The position numbers and the translations under genes are program-made. The notes under the pieces were generated by a model that ran no database searches, was not told where the DNA came from, and saw only the letters and a list, made by a program, of their open reading frames with translations. 64,000 nucleotides of DNA from a virus: the IMG/VR virus record IMGVR_UViG_3300050501_000129. One strand, written 5' to 3'. This document shows, one piece after another, positions 35,632-44,659 of this stretch (within the stretch, counting starts at the first letter, position 1; the number at the start of each line of letters is the position of its first letter).

Positions 35632-35859
35632 TCACAACAGCTTGCCAGACGCAATCTCGATCACGAGCGCCGCGATGGCGGTCAGCGTACCGCCCGCGCC
35701 GGCCAGCAGCGCCAGCGCCAGGAACCGGCAGCTCTTCTGCGGCGGCTTGCCACTCCCACCGGACGCGGTCGTATGTCCCATGTCTTGCATCCTCTTCGCG
35801 CCGGCCGCCAAGCCACGGTAGTGGCCGAGCGCCTTGCGCAGGTCACCGTTTCCGCTCAC
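35632..35859 (-). CDS. small membrane protein
   Basis: 75 aa with a C-terminal hydrophobic segment. GTGA overlap with the upstream gene and GC-rich third positions. Confidence 0.55.
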   Translation of the reverse strand: MSGNGDLRKALGHYRGLAAGAKRMQDMGHTTASGGSGKPPQKSCRFLALALLAGAGGTLTAIAALVIEIASGKLL

Positions 35860-36185
35860 TTGTCCTCCTCTAGCTCAACGTCGGGAAAGTAGACGATGAC
35901 GTCAAACGCCATGGTGTCAGCGCGTGAACGCGTTATCATCTGATAACCAAGCTCAAGCTCGTCCTCATCGATATCTTCATCATCTTTCATCCCGTTAAAT
36001 GTGATCGCGATCGCCGCGCCGAGCGCTAGCTGCGCACGTGACGAGATGACAAACCCGATGCACGTCTTACCGTACATGCCACGTCCCGAGTAGTCTGACC
36101 GGAACGTCTCGTCATCAGTCTCAACGTCGAACATGTTGCGCATGATGTCGATGATCTCATCGACCTGCGACTTCGTGATCTTCAC
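35856..36185 (-). CDS. hypothetical acidic protein
   Basis: 109 aa track ORF, GTG start with GAGGAGAG RBS. Confidence 0.6.
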   Translation of the reverse strand: MKITKSQVDEIIDIMRNMFDVETDDETFRSDYSGRGMYGKTCIGFVISSRAQLALGAAIAITFNGMKDDEDIDEDELELGYQMITRSRADTMAFDVIVYFPDVELEEDK

Positions 36186-36235
36186 CGCTCTCTCCTCTGC
36201 TCGTCGTTCACTCTAACTGTATCAAAGGTATGAGT

Positions 36236-36269
36236 AAAAGGCACCCCGGCCGGCTATCAACCGGTCGGG
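36236..36269 (-). terminator. terminator-like hairpin
   Basis: On the minus strand: CCCGACCGG-TTGATAG-CCGGCCGGG (one mismatch) followed by TGCCTTTTAC. Confidence 0.45.
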
Positions 36270-36276
36270 ATGCGGA

Positions 36277-36435
36277 CTACTCAGCCCCGTCTAGCTTACC
36301 CGCCGCGACGCAGCACAGCTCGCTGGTACAGGTGCGCGGCTCAGGACACGGCAACGTCGCCGCGTGGTAGTGTCCGCACTCGTGGTAGGGAACCTCCTCC
36401 CGCACGAGCTCGAACTGGATGTCGTCGTTGAACAT
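36277..36435 (-). CDS. possible small Cys-rich protein (52 aa)
   Basis: TAATG overlap with the upstream gene. The product is MFNDDIQFELVREEVPYHECGHYHAATLPCPEPRTCTSELCCVAAGKLDGAE. It is below the track cutoff. Confidence 0.45.
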   Translation of the reverse strand: MFNDDIQFELVREEVPYHECGHYHAATLPCPEPRTCTSELCCVAAGKLDGAE

Positions 36436-36833
36436 TACTCACTCTCCTTCTCCCAAACGATCTCGGGCCGGAACACCCGCGCGACCTCATTGACGACCTT
36501 GAGCCGCCACATGTCACCGTTAACCTCGCCCTCGGCGTCGATCCGGCCGGTGTAGATCCGCTCTGGAAACGCGTTAACGAGCTCCTGCAGGTGCTTCTGC
36601 ATCGTCTCTGGGCTGCCATAGTTGGAGAACGTCGGCACCAGTGCGACCGCCTCCTTGCGGATCAGCGTGCCCTCGTTGGTCTCAACCTGCGTCTCTTCGA
36701 TCACAAATCGCAGCTGACGACCAGTCTTACTGTGCTGTGCGTTGATCTCCAGAAAGACGCTACCCTGCACATCTCGCCAGGACAGCGGCGGCTCGATCTG
36801 GATCTCACCGGTCAGCGTGATCTCGTAACTCAT
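36435..36833 (-). CDS. hypothetical protein
   Basis: 132 aa track ORF with AAGGAG RBS. Confidence 0.65.
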   Translation of the reverse strand: MSYEITLTGEIQIEPPLSWRDVQGSVFLEINAQHSKTGRQLRFVIEETQVETNEGTLIRKEAVALVPTFSNYGSPETMQKHLQELVNAFPERIYTGRIDAEGEVNGDMWRLKVVNEVARVFRPEIVWEKESE

Positions 36834-36871
36834 CTCTATTCACTCCTTTATGAGATCTTGGGTCTCATCGG

Positions 36872-36918
36872 CAGCCGCCTAACGGCTGGACGGAGTTCTG
36901 CCTCCCGGCGATCTCCGT
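36872..36918 (-). promoter_or_regulatory. conserved intergenic double-hairpin element, copy A
   Basis: Contains CCGCCTAACGG inside the stem-loop CAGCCG/CGGCTG, plus GCCTCCCGGCG. The same two strings recur at 37360-37391. Confidence 0.5.
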
Positions 36919-36927
36919 TTCGACCTG

Positions 36928-37320
<393 letters not shown>

Positions 37321-37359
37321 GATGTTTCTCCCTCTTAATGGTCTTCTGGCCATCTTCAG

Positions 37360-37391
37360 AACCCGCCTAACGGGTTGACGCCTCCCGGCGT
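37360..37391 (-). promoter_or_regulatory. conserved intergenic double-hairpin element, copy B
   Basis: Stem AACCCG/CGGGTT around the same loop as copy A (compensatory stem changes), followed by ACGCC-TCCC-GGCGT. Confidence 0.5.
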
Positions 37392-37399
37392 TTCGGCCT

Positions 37400-37717
37400 C
37401 TACTTCACGATCGCGATGATCAGGTCAGACGCGGTGCCGTCGTAGCGAAACTTGATGACCTCACCGTCGGTGAGCACGATGCTCGCGTCGATCCCGATCT
37501 TCTCGTAGCCGTCGTTAAACGTGTCCGCGCCGTCCCACCAGCGTGACTCTTCCCAGGTAGACGCGTCGTAGTTGATCCCAATGGTCGCGACACGCTCACG
37601 CTTGCTTTCCCAGTCGCGCGCCAGATATCCCCACGCGGTGTTACCGTCGCGCAGCGGCAATCCCTCGCTGACGACCACGTCAATGAACGCCCGCTTGAAC
37701 TCACTCTTCCAGCTCAT
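37400..37717 (-). CDS. hypothetical protein
   Basis: 105 aa from ATG 37717 (GAGGAGAG RBS). The track ORF start at 37804 lacks an RBS. Confidence 0.6.
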   Translation of the reverse strand: MSWKSEFKRAFIDVVVSEGLPLRDGNTAWGYLARDWESKRERVATIGINYDASTWEESRWWDGADTFNDGYEKIGIDASIVLTDGEVIKFRYDGTASDLIIAIVK

Positions 37718-37806
37718 CGCTCTCTCCTCGCTCGTCGTGTTCCTATTAACTATAACGCCCGGGAGCGCCGTTTGGTTCAACACCGTGTGATGAATTTTTA
37801 TCATCT

Positions 37807-37920
37807 CTATGACATAAGCTCGGTGATGATCAGGACCCAGGTGCCGACGGTGACTAGGATGCCGAACAGCTCAAATGGCCACCAGACGCTGGTCTTGAGG
37901 TGGTTTCGCAGGGCTTTCAT
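37807..37920 (-). CDS. possible 37-aa single-TM peptide
   Basis: GAGGAG RBS. The product is MKALRNHLKTSVWWPFELFGILVTVGTWVLIITELMS. Confidence 0.4.
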   Translation of the reverse strand: MKALRNHLKTSVWWPFELFGILVTVGTWVLIITELMS

Positions 37921-37937
37921 CTCTTCGCTCCTCATCT

Positions 37938-38126
37938 TTATGACACGAGTACGATTACCAGGTAGATCAGTACTCCGAAACAGATCGAACCTAAGACGAC
38001 GACAACCTTGATCACATCTTGGTCATCCCGGCCAAAGCTAGCGTAAAAGCGCCCGATCTTGGTGTGGTACAGGAACCGCTCGGCCAGGTTCGGCTTGCCC
38101 CAGGTGTCTTTTCGCTCGTTCTTCAT
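37938..38126 (-). CDS. small membrane protein (C-terminal TM)
   Basis: 62 aa track ORF with GAGGAG RBS. Confidence 0.55.
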   Translation of the reverse strand: MKNERKDTWGKPNLAERFLYHTKIGRFYASFGRDDQDVIKVVVVLGSICFGVLIYLVIVLVS

Positions 38127-38161
38127 CTTTTCACTCCTCGCTCGTTTTTTCCTCTACGTTA

Positions 38162-38191
38162 ATCATACCATGACGATGACAGCTTTGCCAA
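38162..38191 (-). promoter_or_regulatory. sigma-70-like promoter candidate
   Basis: On the minus strand: TTGGCA, an 18-nt spacer, then TATGAT, about 35 nt upstream of the 38126 start. Confidence 0.35.
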
Positions 38192-38208
38192 CTCTATGAC
38201 GGTGACTT

Positions 38209-38388
38209 TTATGTCATCTTCATGACAGCGCAGCAGTCCTCTCGATCGCAGCCGGTGCAGCCGCAGTCTCCCTTAAGATCACACGCTCCCGTGCAGTCCG
38301 GATTATCACAAAACCCGTACCAGTCGCCGTCAACGCAGCACTCTCCCTCGAGCGGGTCGCCGCAGCTCGGCGGCGCCAGTGACGTCAC
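38209..38388 (-). CDS. Cys-rich microprotein (11 Cys in 59 aa)
   Basis: The GTG at 38388 forms a GTGA overlap with the terminase stop. Contains CC, CxxxxC, CGC and CxxC clusters. Confidence 0.55.
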   Translation of the reverse strand: MTSLAPPSCGDPLEGECCVDGDWYGFCDNPDCTGACDLKGDCGCTGCDREDCCAVMKMT

Positions 38389-39947
38389 CGCCGGTCCCAC
38401 GGCGACAGGCTGCGCGCCCCGAGCAGGTCACCCGGCAGGACGTTCTCGAGCAGGGACGGCGCCGCGAGCAGGCCATCCGTGTGCGTCTCGGCGGACCAGG
38501 ACGCCGGCACGAACGCCAGCAGCACCGACTCGGCGACGTCGGGCGAAACGCCGAGCCGGTCGATGATGTCCTTCTTCGCCTCGATCTGGACCTGGCCCTT
38601 GGCGGCAACGATCTTGTACAGCGGCATCGTCAGCTCGCGGATCAGCCGGTCCTGGGTGTCCGGGCTGAGCGCCGAGAAGTCCCAGTGTCGCGTACGGGAC
38701 AGCTCCCGGCCCAGCCACCACATCTCGGCACGCCGGTTGTAGTACAGGTGCTCGTTTCCCGCGGTCGGTGACATGGCAACGTTGATCGGCACGACGCTGG
38801 CGTCGTGTCCCGTTGAGGCGGTCGCGCGCTGCGCGTCGAGCACCTCCAGCGGCGACGCGTCATGACGGCTAGACAGCGCCCGCAGGTGGCCGTAGACGCC
38901 CCAGCCGACGCCGATGCTGTCTACCTTGACGGTCTTGACGTTCCACTCACGTAGCACCAGGACGATCGCGCCGACGGTCGTCGTCGGGTCCGGACTAGTG
39001 AACTCCTGGATGTAGAGAATCGCGCCACCGCGCCGGATCGTCACCACCGTGCGGTCGTTTCCCGCGCCGACGTCGACGCCGGCCTCGACGTCGTCGGTTT
39101 CGTGTACCGGCATCTCGAGGTAGCGGCACTGTGCCGCCCAGTTGTGCGGCACCACCTGCCACGGCGAGCCGACCTTCGGGAACTGGCCGGCGCACTTCGA
39201 GGTGAACAACGCCGACTCTTCTCCCCAGTTGTGCCGGCGGTCCTCGACCCACCCCGGTGAGATCAGCATCTCGCGCAACCGGTCCGAGACCGGCTCATCC
39301 GTAAAGTTGGGCGTGTCCTCGTAGGAGATGTGAATGACGTGCCACCCAGAGCCGGGCTGACAGATCTTCTCGAACTCGCCCGAGCCATCCGGGTTGCCGA
39401 CGGCGACCATCCGCGCGTTCTCGTTGGACGCCAGCGACGAGCCCTCGTTCCACAGGTGCAGCGGGATACCGTACGCCTCGTCAAAGATAACCATCAGGTA
39501 GCGCGCGTGCAGGCCCTGGAAAGCGGCCTCGACGTGATCCGGCGGCTTGCGGCCCAGCGCCGCCAGGAACTTGCCGATGTACCACTCGCGCTTATTGGTG
39601 TGTCCCTGCAGGCCGATCCGCGAGTGATGCTGGTTGATCTCGTTCCACAGCACCGCGTCGACCTGCTTCGAGGTCGGCGCGGTGCTGATGACTCTCGCCT
39701 CGCCGGCGGCGTGTGCGTCGATCCACCAGCAGCAGAGCAGACCCATCGTGAAGCTCTTGCCAGAGGAGTGACATGAGTGGATCGCCACCTTCGGGTGGTC
39801 GCGGACGGCCCGCAGAATCTCCTTCTGCTTGGACCAGACCTCGACGCGCGCCCGGTCCGTCGCCCAGCTCACCGGGTCTTGGCGCCAGCGTACGTTCGCC
39901 GGCGTGGCAAGCTCGGCGTAGACCTGAGCACGCGTCTTGGTCTCCAC
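38385..39947 (-). CDS. terL: terminase large subunit
   Basis: 520 aa. Walker A-like HSCHSSGKSF, Walker B-like MVIFDEAYG, and a C-terminal nuclease-like region with acidic motifs. Confidence 0.85.
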   Translation of the reverse strand: METKTRAQVYAELATPANVRWRQDPVSWATDRARVEVWSKQKEILRAVRDHPKVAIHSCHSSGKSFTMGLLCCWWIDAHAAGEARVISTAPTSKQVDAVLWNEINQHHSRIGLQGHTNKREWYIGKFLAALGRKPPDHVEAAFQGLHARYLMVIFDEAYGIPLHLWNEGSSLASNENARMVAVGNPDGSGEFEKICQPGSGWHVIHISYEDTPNFTDEPVSDRLREMLISPGWVEDRRHNWGEESALFTSKCAGQFPKVGSPWQVVPHNWAAQCRYLEMPVHETDDVEAGVDVGAGNDRTVVTIRRGGAILYIQEFTSPDPTTTVGAIVLVLREWNVKTVKVDSIGVGWGVYGHLRALSSRHDASPLEVLDAQRATASTGHDASVVPINVAMSPTAGNEHLYYNRRAEMWWLGRELSRTRHWDFSALSPDTQDRLIRELTMPLYKIVAAKGQVQIEAKKDIIDRLGVSPDVAESVLLAFVPASWSAETHTDGLLAAPSLLENVLPGDLLGARSLSPWDRR

Positions 39948-39949
39948 GG

Positions 39950-40273
39950 CTAGATCTTACCCGATCCCAGCTCGACGGCGATCCAGAACAGCGCGTCCGG
40001 GTGACTGACGTGAAACGGCTTGGGACCGGTCAGAAACAGCATGTTTATCTTGTCACGCGTCTCACGCCACGTGCGGTTTACCAACGTTACCGTGCCGGGC
40101 AGAAAGACCGCGTCCGCGGCCGCGCGCAGCGACCCGTACGCAGCGATTGCCCGCAGCGCCCACGCGTGTGGCATCTCGACCTCAATCGGCGCGTCCTTAT
40201 GCAGTCGCATCCGGTACCGGTATTCCTGCGCCTGCAGCTGCAGCGCGCTCAGGACGTCGGGCAGAGTCTCCAT
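39950..40273 (-). CDS. hypothetical protein (adjacent to terminase)
   Basis: 107 aa with GAGGAGAG RBS and GC-rich third positions. Could be a small terminase, but no motif supports that. Confidence 0.55.
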   Translation of the reverse strand: METLPDVLSALQLQAQEYRYRMRLHKDAPIEVEMPHAWALRAIAAYGSLRAAADAVFLPGTVTLVNRTWRETRDKINMLFLTGPKPFHVSHPDALFWIAVELGSGKI

Positions 40274-40463
40274 ATCTCTCCTCTACGAAGGCACGGCTCG
40301 TCAGATGCCACTGGTTGCCAGCGGGACAGGCGTAGACACGCAGAAGCTTGCCGCCGGCAGCCATGTGTCGCGCGGCCGAGGCGCTGGCCGCGGCCTCACT
40401 CGGCCAGCGGCGCTTGCGGCACACGCGACACAGTCGGGGACGGCGCGTCTTCCGCGTCTTCAA
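40197..40463 (-). CDS. possible zinc-ribbon protein (88 aa)
   Basis: The TTG start forms a TTGA overlap with the upstream stop. Contains CRVC...CPAGNQWHLTS. Its 3' end overlaps the next gene by 77 nt. Confidence 0.35.
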   Translation of the reverse strand: MKTRKTRRPRLCRVCRKRRWPSEAAASASAARHMAAGGKLLRVYACPAGNQWHLTSRAFVEERYGDSARRPERAAAAGAGIPVPDATA

Positions 40464-40639
40464 TTCACGCGTCCGTCCATTCCGCGCCGCTTCGCCGGAA
40501 CGACGGACTTCTTGGCGTTGTTTCCGGACGGAGCCGGATCTACCCGGCCGGAGCCGGCCTTGCCGCCGGTCGGCTTGGCGGCCTTCCCCTTGCCGCCCCG
40601 CTTGTTCGGGTCCCACCACTGCCACCACTTCTTTGCCAT
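40460..40639 (-). CDS. small basic Lys/Gly-rich protein (59 aa)
   Basis: ATG 40639 with GAGGAG RBS. The product begins MAKKWWQWWDPNKRGGKGKAAKPTGGK. Third positions are strongly GC-rich. Confidence 0.55.
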   Translation of the reverse strand: MAKKWWQWWDPNKRGGKGKAAKPTGGKAGSGRVDPAPSGNNAKKSVVPAKRRGMDGRVN

Positions 40640-40640
40640 C

Positions 40641-40910
40641 TCACTTCTCCTCATCCTCGTTGTCGTACTGGATCCATCCTACGCCTCCGCGTATCGGCTT
40701 TGTCACCTCAATCATGTGATCGAGCGCGGCGTCGACGAGCCGCTGGTACTCCTCGTTGCTGATGCCCCACGGAATCACCTGGACGTCCTCGAGCGTCATC
40801 TCCTCGAAGGACGGACACGGCGGAACACACGGTTTTGAGCTGAGATCTAGCTCTCTGTCTTCATCGACCAGTCGCCAATCTTCGGGTCTCTCGTTCAGCA
40901 TGTCACTCAT
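40641..40910 (-). CDS. hypothetical acidic protein
   Basis: 89 aa track ORF. Confidence 0.6.
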   Translation of the reverse strand: MSDMLNERPEDWRLVDEDRELDLSSKPCVPPCPSFEEMTLEDVQVIPWGISNEEYQRLVDAALDHMIEVTKPIRGGVGWIQYDNEDEEK

Positions 40911-41220
40911 GTATCACCTGTGTTGGTGCGCACCAGCCACGCACGTCAGCTATGACGACCGTGTCGTCGGTCTTTCCGCGGTGCAGCTCATCGTACCGTT
41001 CCTGGTCGTGGGGTAGGAAGACCGGCACGTAGACGACGCGCACCGCGTACGGCACGCCCCTCTGGTCACCGATCGCCGCGCGCATGCGCCACGACGAGCG
41101 GACACCGGCCATCGGCTCGGCGTCGGTACGCGCACCGATGACGATCTCCAGTGTCTCACCCGGCAGCCCGAGAAGCTCAAGCACCCGGTTGAAGTCCGCG
41201 TTGCTTATGAACTCTTTCAC
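40903..41220 (-). CDS. hypothetical protein
   Basis: The GTG at 41220 makes a GTGA overlap with the upstream stop. 105 aa. Confidence 0.55.
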   Translation of the reverse strand: MKEFISNADFNRVLELLGLPGETLEIVIGARTDAEPMAGVRSSWRMRAAIGDQRGVPYAVRVVYVPVFLPHDQERYDELHRGKTDDTVVIADVRGWCAPTQVIHE

Positions 41221-41717
41221 GCGTCCCCCAGCGGTACGACCGTCCACGGCGTCCGCAGGACGGTCTGCGTCTTGACCAACACAGGACTGTGCAGCGTGCC
41301 GTCCGCGGTATTTCCGCGCGCCCGGTCCTCGTTCATCAGCCGGGCGTGTCTGGCGGTCCGGTCTAACGACTCGTCCTCGTACAGCGCGGCGCGCGTCAGC
41401 AGCTCACGCAAACTCTCGGGCAGGTTGACCAGCTCGGGTGCGTCCGGGTCGTTGAAGATCGCGAAGTACGTCGAGCTGTCGAAGTCGTTGACGTCGAAAC
41501 CGAGCAGCTTGTCAACCTCGTATACCGGCTGGTAGTTGGCCAGGTCGAGCTTCTCATCGTCCATTACAATGATATCGACCTGCGGCTGTGGGACGTAGTT
41601 GACGCCGTCCCAGTTGATGACGCTGCGGTCAGCTGCGGCAAAGCAGCCCGGACCAATCGTCACGGTGTCACCTAGGTCATTCGGGTCTTGATGCAGCTCA
41701 ACGATGTCATGATTCAT
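41217..41717 (-). CDS. hypothetical protein
   Basis: 166 aa track ORF, translationally coupled on both sides. Confidence 0.6.
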   Translation of the reverse strand: MNHDIVELHQDPNDLGDTVTIGPGCFAAADRSVINWDGVNYVPQPQVDIIVMDDEKLDLANYQPVYEVDKLLGFDVNDFDSSTYFAIFNDPDAPELVNLPESLRELLTRAALYEDESLDRTARHARLMNEDRARGNTADGTLHSPVLVKTQTVLRTPWTVVPLGDA

Positions 41718-42067
41718 TTCTGGTAGATCCCCCTCGCTCGGCTGAGCCGGCCGTTCGGCTCACGTGTACGATAACCGCCGTAGCGCGCGGTCCGGACCAA
41801 GCCGATCATCGGCTTGGAACGCGCGGTCACGATCTGCTGGTCCTTGTTGAAGATCCCCACGGCCTCTAGAACCTCGCGAATCTCCCGCTGCAGCGCCTCG
41901 TCCCGGAGCGCGTTTTCCAGGCTGACGATGTCATCCATCGCCGCGGACGTCAGCACCAGTTGCGCGGCGCGTACCTGGTCCGGCGTCCGTTCGGTTACCA
42001 TTAACTGTGTGGCCGCGCTGGAGACGTCCGAGAGGCTGTCTCCGTACGGGCTTTTTGGCTTAGGCAA
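41714..42067 (-). CDS. hypothetical protein
   Basis: 117 aa track ORF. Confidence 0.6.
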   Translation of the reverse strand: MPKPKSPYGDSLSDVSSAATQLMVTERTPDQVRAAQLVLTSAAMDDIVSLENALRDEALQREIREVLEAVGIFNKDQQIVTARSKPMIGLVRTARYGGYRTREPNGRLSRARGIYQK

Positions 42068-42323
42068 TGACTTCTCCGTCAGTCTCTTCGGGATTGGTGA
42101 TCTCTTCAGGTGATTCGTGTAGCTGCGCCGCTAGTTCCGGCGGCAGGCTTGACCAGCCCGAGATCGAGTCACCCTCTGCATCCAGATGCTTCATGATAGC
42201 ACGCATCGATTCAATCACCTCAGGTGTCTGCCATGATTCATCATCACCAAAGGGTATACCGCCGGCGTCTAGACGCTCAGAGACGTGTCTGCGCGCCGGT
42301 TCATCAGACTCAGACTCAGTCAC
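42060..42323 (-). CDS. hypothetical acidic protein
   Basis: 87 aa track ORF. Confidence 0.55.
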   Translation of the reverse strand: MTESESDEPARRHVSERLDAGGIPFGDDESWQTPEVIESMRAIMKHLDAEGDSISGWSSLPPELAAQLHESPEEITNPEETDGEVIA

Positions 42324-42417
42324 AGTAGTATCTTAAACCGGCGCGTCCCTTTTGCTCGCGTCTGCCATTAGGCTTCAGATGTGGGGCGCGGCGTCGTGGG
42401 ACGCGCCGGAGCTTCTT

Positions 42418-42873
42418 CTAGTCGATGACCTCTGGCTTGTATGCCTGCGCGCGGCCGTCGGTCGGCTCCGTCTGTGGCCACGACGGCGAGACGAACGACG
42501 TCTGCTCACCGCGGATCACCGGCGCTTGTCCCGCCGGCATGTCTGCCGTCAGGATGTCTTTTGCCGCCTCGGTAACGTCGACCCAGGCCGTCGCGACCTG
42601 GACGTTCTCGGCCGCCGGATACTGGACGACAAACTCGATCAGTTCGTCGTAGGTGTGAATCGACCGTCGGTGCTGACCTGTCAAAGACCAGCCCATCGGC
42701 GTCTTGACGGCGGCGTAGGTGTACGTCTTTCCGGTCCCGTCCTGCGCATCGTGTGTCTTGTTGAACCGGATGACGTCACCGTTTTCAAACCGGTCCCGGC
42801 CAAACCGCTTGAGCTGGAAGATCTCCCGCTCCAGGTGGCGCAGCCGCTGCTCAGCCTCTTCTAACCTGCTCAC
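42418..42873 (-). CDS. hypothetical protein
   Basis: GTG 42873 is preceded by GAGGAGGAAAA. 151 aa with an N-terminal coiled-coil-like segment. Confidence 0.6.
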   Translation of the reverse strand: MSRLEEAEQRLRHLEREIFQLKRFGRDRFENGDVIRFNKTHDAQDGTGKTYTYAAVKTPMGWSLTGQHRRSIHTYDELIEFVVQYPAAENVQVATAWVDVTEAAKDILTADMPAGQAPVIRGEQTSFVSPSWPQTEPTDGRAQAYKPEVID

Positions 42874-42883
42874 TTTTCCTCCT

Positions 42884-43036
42884 CTACCAGGGCTTTCCGT
42901 AGCTCTGGACCAGCGGAAGCAACCCACTGGTCATCGCGTTTCCGATCTCATAATCTAGCATAACAAGCAGCGCGAGTAGCGCCGCCAGCTCGTAGACACC
43001 GAAGCGCCAGCGGCGCTCCCAGAGAAACTGGTTCAT
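42884..43036 (-). CDS. small membrane protein (50 aa)
   Basis: ATG 43036 with GAGGAGG RBS and one TM segment. Confidence 0.45.
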   Translation of the reverse strand: MNQFLWERRWRFGVYELAALLALLVMLDYEIGNAMTSGLLPLVQSYGKPW

Positions 43037-43266
43037 ACTTCCTCCTCTACGTAACCGATTTCTTGCCACACGGCCGCGTAGCCCTCAGGCCAGTGGTTGA
43101 CCAGCAGACCGGTGGCGTCTAGTTCCTTGTCGAAGTTGATGTGTGCCAAATAGACGCCGCGGTAGACGCGAACCGGCTGGCTTTGGTGGCCGCCGTTAAG
43201 CTCGCGCAGCATGACGAGAAACTGCTCCTGCGGCGCGCGCCAGTCCTCGGGTAGATCCTTCAACAT
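43033..43266 (-). CDS. hypothetical protein
   Basis: ATG 43266 with GAGGAGAG RBS. 77 aa. Confidence 0.55.
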   Translation of the reverse strand: MLKDLPEDWRAPQEQFLVMLRELNGGHQSQPVRVYRGVYLAHINFDKELDATGLLVNHWPEGYAAVWQEIGYVEEEV

Positions 43267-43277
43267 CTCTTCTCTCC

Positions 43278-43442
43278 TCACTCTACGGGATGAATCTTAC
43301 AGTCCCTATCGTAGCTTATGATGCGCTCCACCCACTCCTCAGGATAGTCACCGACGCCGAAGCCCCGCAGCCACGTGCACGTGCAGCCGGCCTGCCGCGC
43401 CTCATAGCACGGCTGGCCGGGCTGCGGCTCTGTGGCGCTCAC
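43278..43442 (-). CDS. possible small Cys-containing protein (54 aa)
   Basis: GTGA overlap with the upstream stop. The upstream part of the 43278..43637 track ORF is an Arg-rich shadow of 43439..43630. Confidence 0.4.
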   Translation of the reverse strand: MSATEPQPGQPCYEARQAGCTCTWLRGFGVGDYPEEWVERIISYDRDCKIHPVE

Positions 43443-43630
43443 AGAAAGATCACCTTGTTGTCGCGGTCGACACAGATCTCGTTGTCTCTCACCGAGATGA
43501 TGTGTCCACCGACGTCGTGACACTGCCGGCGGTAGCTGTCTACGCTGGCGTAGATAAGACCGATTATCCCGCCCAGTACGGTAGCGACGACTACCGTAAC
43601 GACCAGGCCGAACCACGGAAAGTCTCTCAT
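43439..43630 (-). CDS. small membrane-anchored protein
   Basis: 63 aa with an N-terminal TM segment. Confidence 0.55.
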   Translation of the reverse strand: MRDFPWFGLVVTVVVATVLGGIIGLIYASVDSYRRQCHDVGGHIISVRDNEICVDRDNKVIFL

Positions 43631-43633
43631 CTT

Positions 43634-43951
43634 TCACTTCTCTCTCGGCCGGCCGCAGGCGTCGCGATCAAGCACACGTGACACCCAGTCGGTGCCGTCG
43701 GGGTTGCGCTGCAGCGTTCCCGCAACCGTAAGCAAGATCTTACGGTCTCCTTCTATGATTACGTGTCCCGCGTTGTTGCGTATCGTATCGTCGCTCTCGT
43801 CTATGTCTACCGTGACCGTCAGGTACGGTCGTACGACGCAGATGAACTCTAGCGGATTTCCACCGGCCTGGACAACGCGCAGCACGTGCAGTCCGTCGTT
43901 GTTCTTCGTAAACGACAGCTCCGTCGAGCGGACCGTAAACTCGTAGATCAC
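43634..43951 (-). CDS. hypothetical protein
   Basis: 105 aa track ORF. Confidence 0.6.
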   Translation of the reverse strand: MIYEFTVRSTELSFTKNNDGLHVLRVVQAGGNPLEFICVVRPYLTVTVDIDESDDTIRNNAGHVIIEGDRKILLTVAGTLQRNPDGTDWVSRVLDRDACGRPREK

Positions 43952-43955
43952 TTTT

Positions 43956-44168
43956 TCACTCCTCGTTGATGTCTTCGCCGGCCTTGATCAGCAGCACCTG
44001 GTCGTGCAGCGTGTCCGCACAGACACGCAGGTAGCGCTCATCCGGATGATTTTTCTTATTCAAGAGGTCCCGGAACTCGGCTAGCGCCAGGTCAAGCACC
44101 CGCAGGTCGGTATCGGTTAAGTTGATCAGCGACGACTCGAGGGTGCGTCGGTACCTAATTTGTGCCAT
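43956..44168 (-). CDS. hypothetical protein
   Basis: 70 aa track ORF with RBS. Confidence 0.55.
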   Translation of the reverse strand: MAQIRYRRTLESSLINLTDTDLRVLDLALAEFRDLLNKKNHPDERYLRVCADTLHDQVLLIKAGEDINEE

Positions 44169-44177
44169 CTTTTGTCC

Positions 44178-44423
44178 TCACTCCTCATTATCGTGCGTCG
44201 TATCGACGTACCCGTCACCCGCGCGGTAGCGCACCATAGGTACGGTCCAGTCGTGCGTTGAGCGTCGCTGAACATGCTCAGACCGCGGAAGCAGCTGCGC
44301 CGCGGCAAATCCTACAACACCTCCGCCAATCACTCCCAGCGGGTGGAGGTAGCTACCTGTGAACACCAGCGCGATAACTCCGCCGAACACGATCCCCAGG
44401 GAGATGAACAGCGCTGTCCTCAT
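44178..44423 (-). CDS. small two-TM membrane protein
   Basis: 81 aa with two hydrophobic segments. Confidence 0.55.
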   Translation of the reverse strand: MRTALFISLGIVFGGVIALVFTGSYLHPLGVIGGGVVGFAAAQLLPRSEHVQRRSTHDWTVPMVRYRAGDGYVDTTHDNEE

Positions 44424-44659
44424 TTCTCACTTCTCTCGATCAAGGCAGCAGCGACCTCAACAGCGGTAGCTCCGTTACCAAACGTAACTGCGCCACCGTC
44501 CCCGTAGTCAACGTGAAAGCGATAGTCGTGCTCTGGCAGCGGACGACCGATGACGTAACTAGCCGCTTCGTCACCACCAAACATGCGACGCGCGGTGTCA
44601 GCGACATCAACGATGCTAACAGTGAACAGCACGTGGTCACCTATCTCGTTCAAGTTCAT
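44420..44659 (-). CDS. hypothetical protein
   Basis: 79 aa track ORF with a 4-nt overlap to the downstream gene. Confidence 0.55.
   Translation of the reverse strand: MNLNEIGDHVLFTVSIVDVADTARRMFGGDEAASYVIGRPLPEHDYRFHVDYGDGGAVTFGNGATAVEVAAALIERSEK

Noticed and set aside
39773-40762. 329-aa plus-strand ORF
   Set aside because: It is extremely Arg/Pro/Ser/Ala-rich and antisense to well-supported minus-strand genes (terminase 5' end and small genes). This is a GC-rich shadow ORF.
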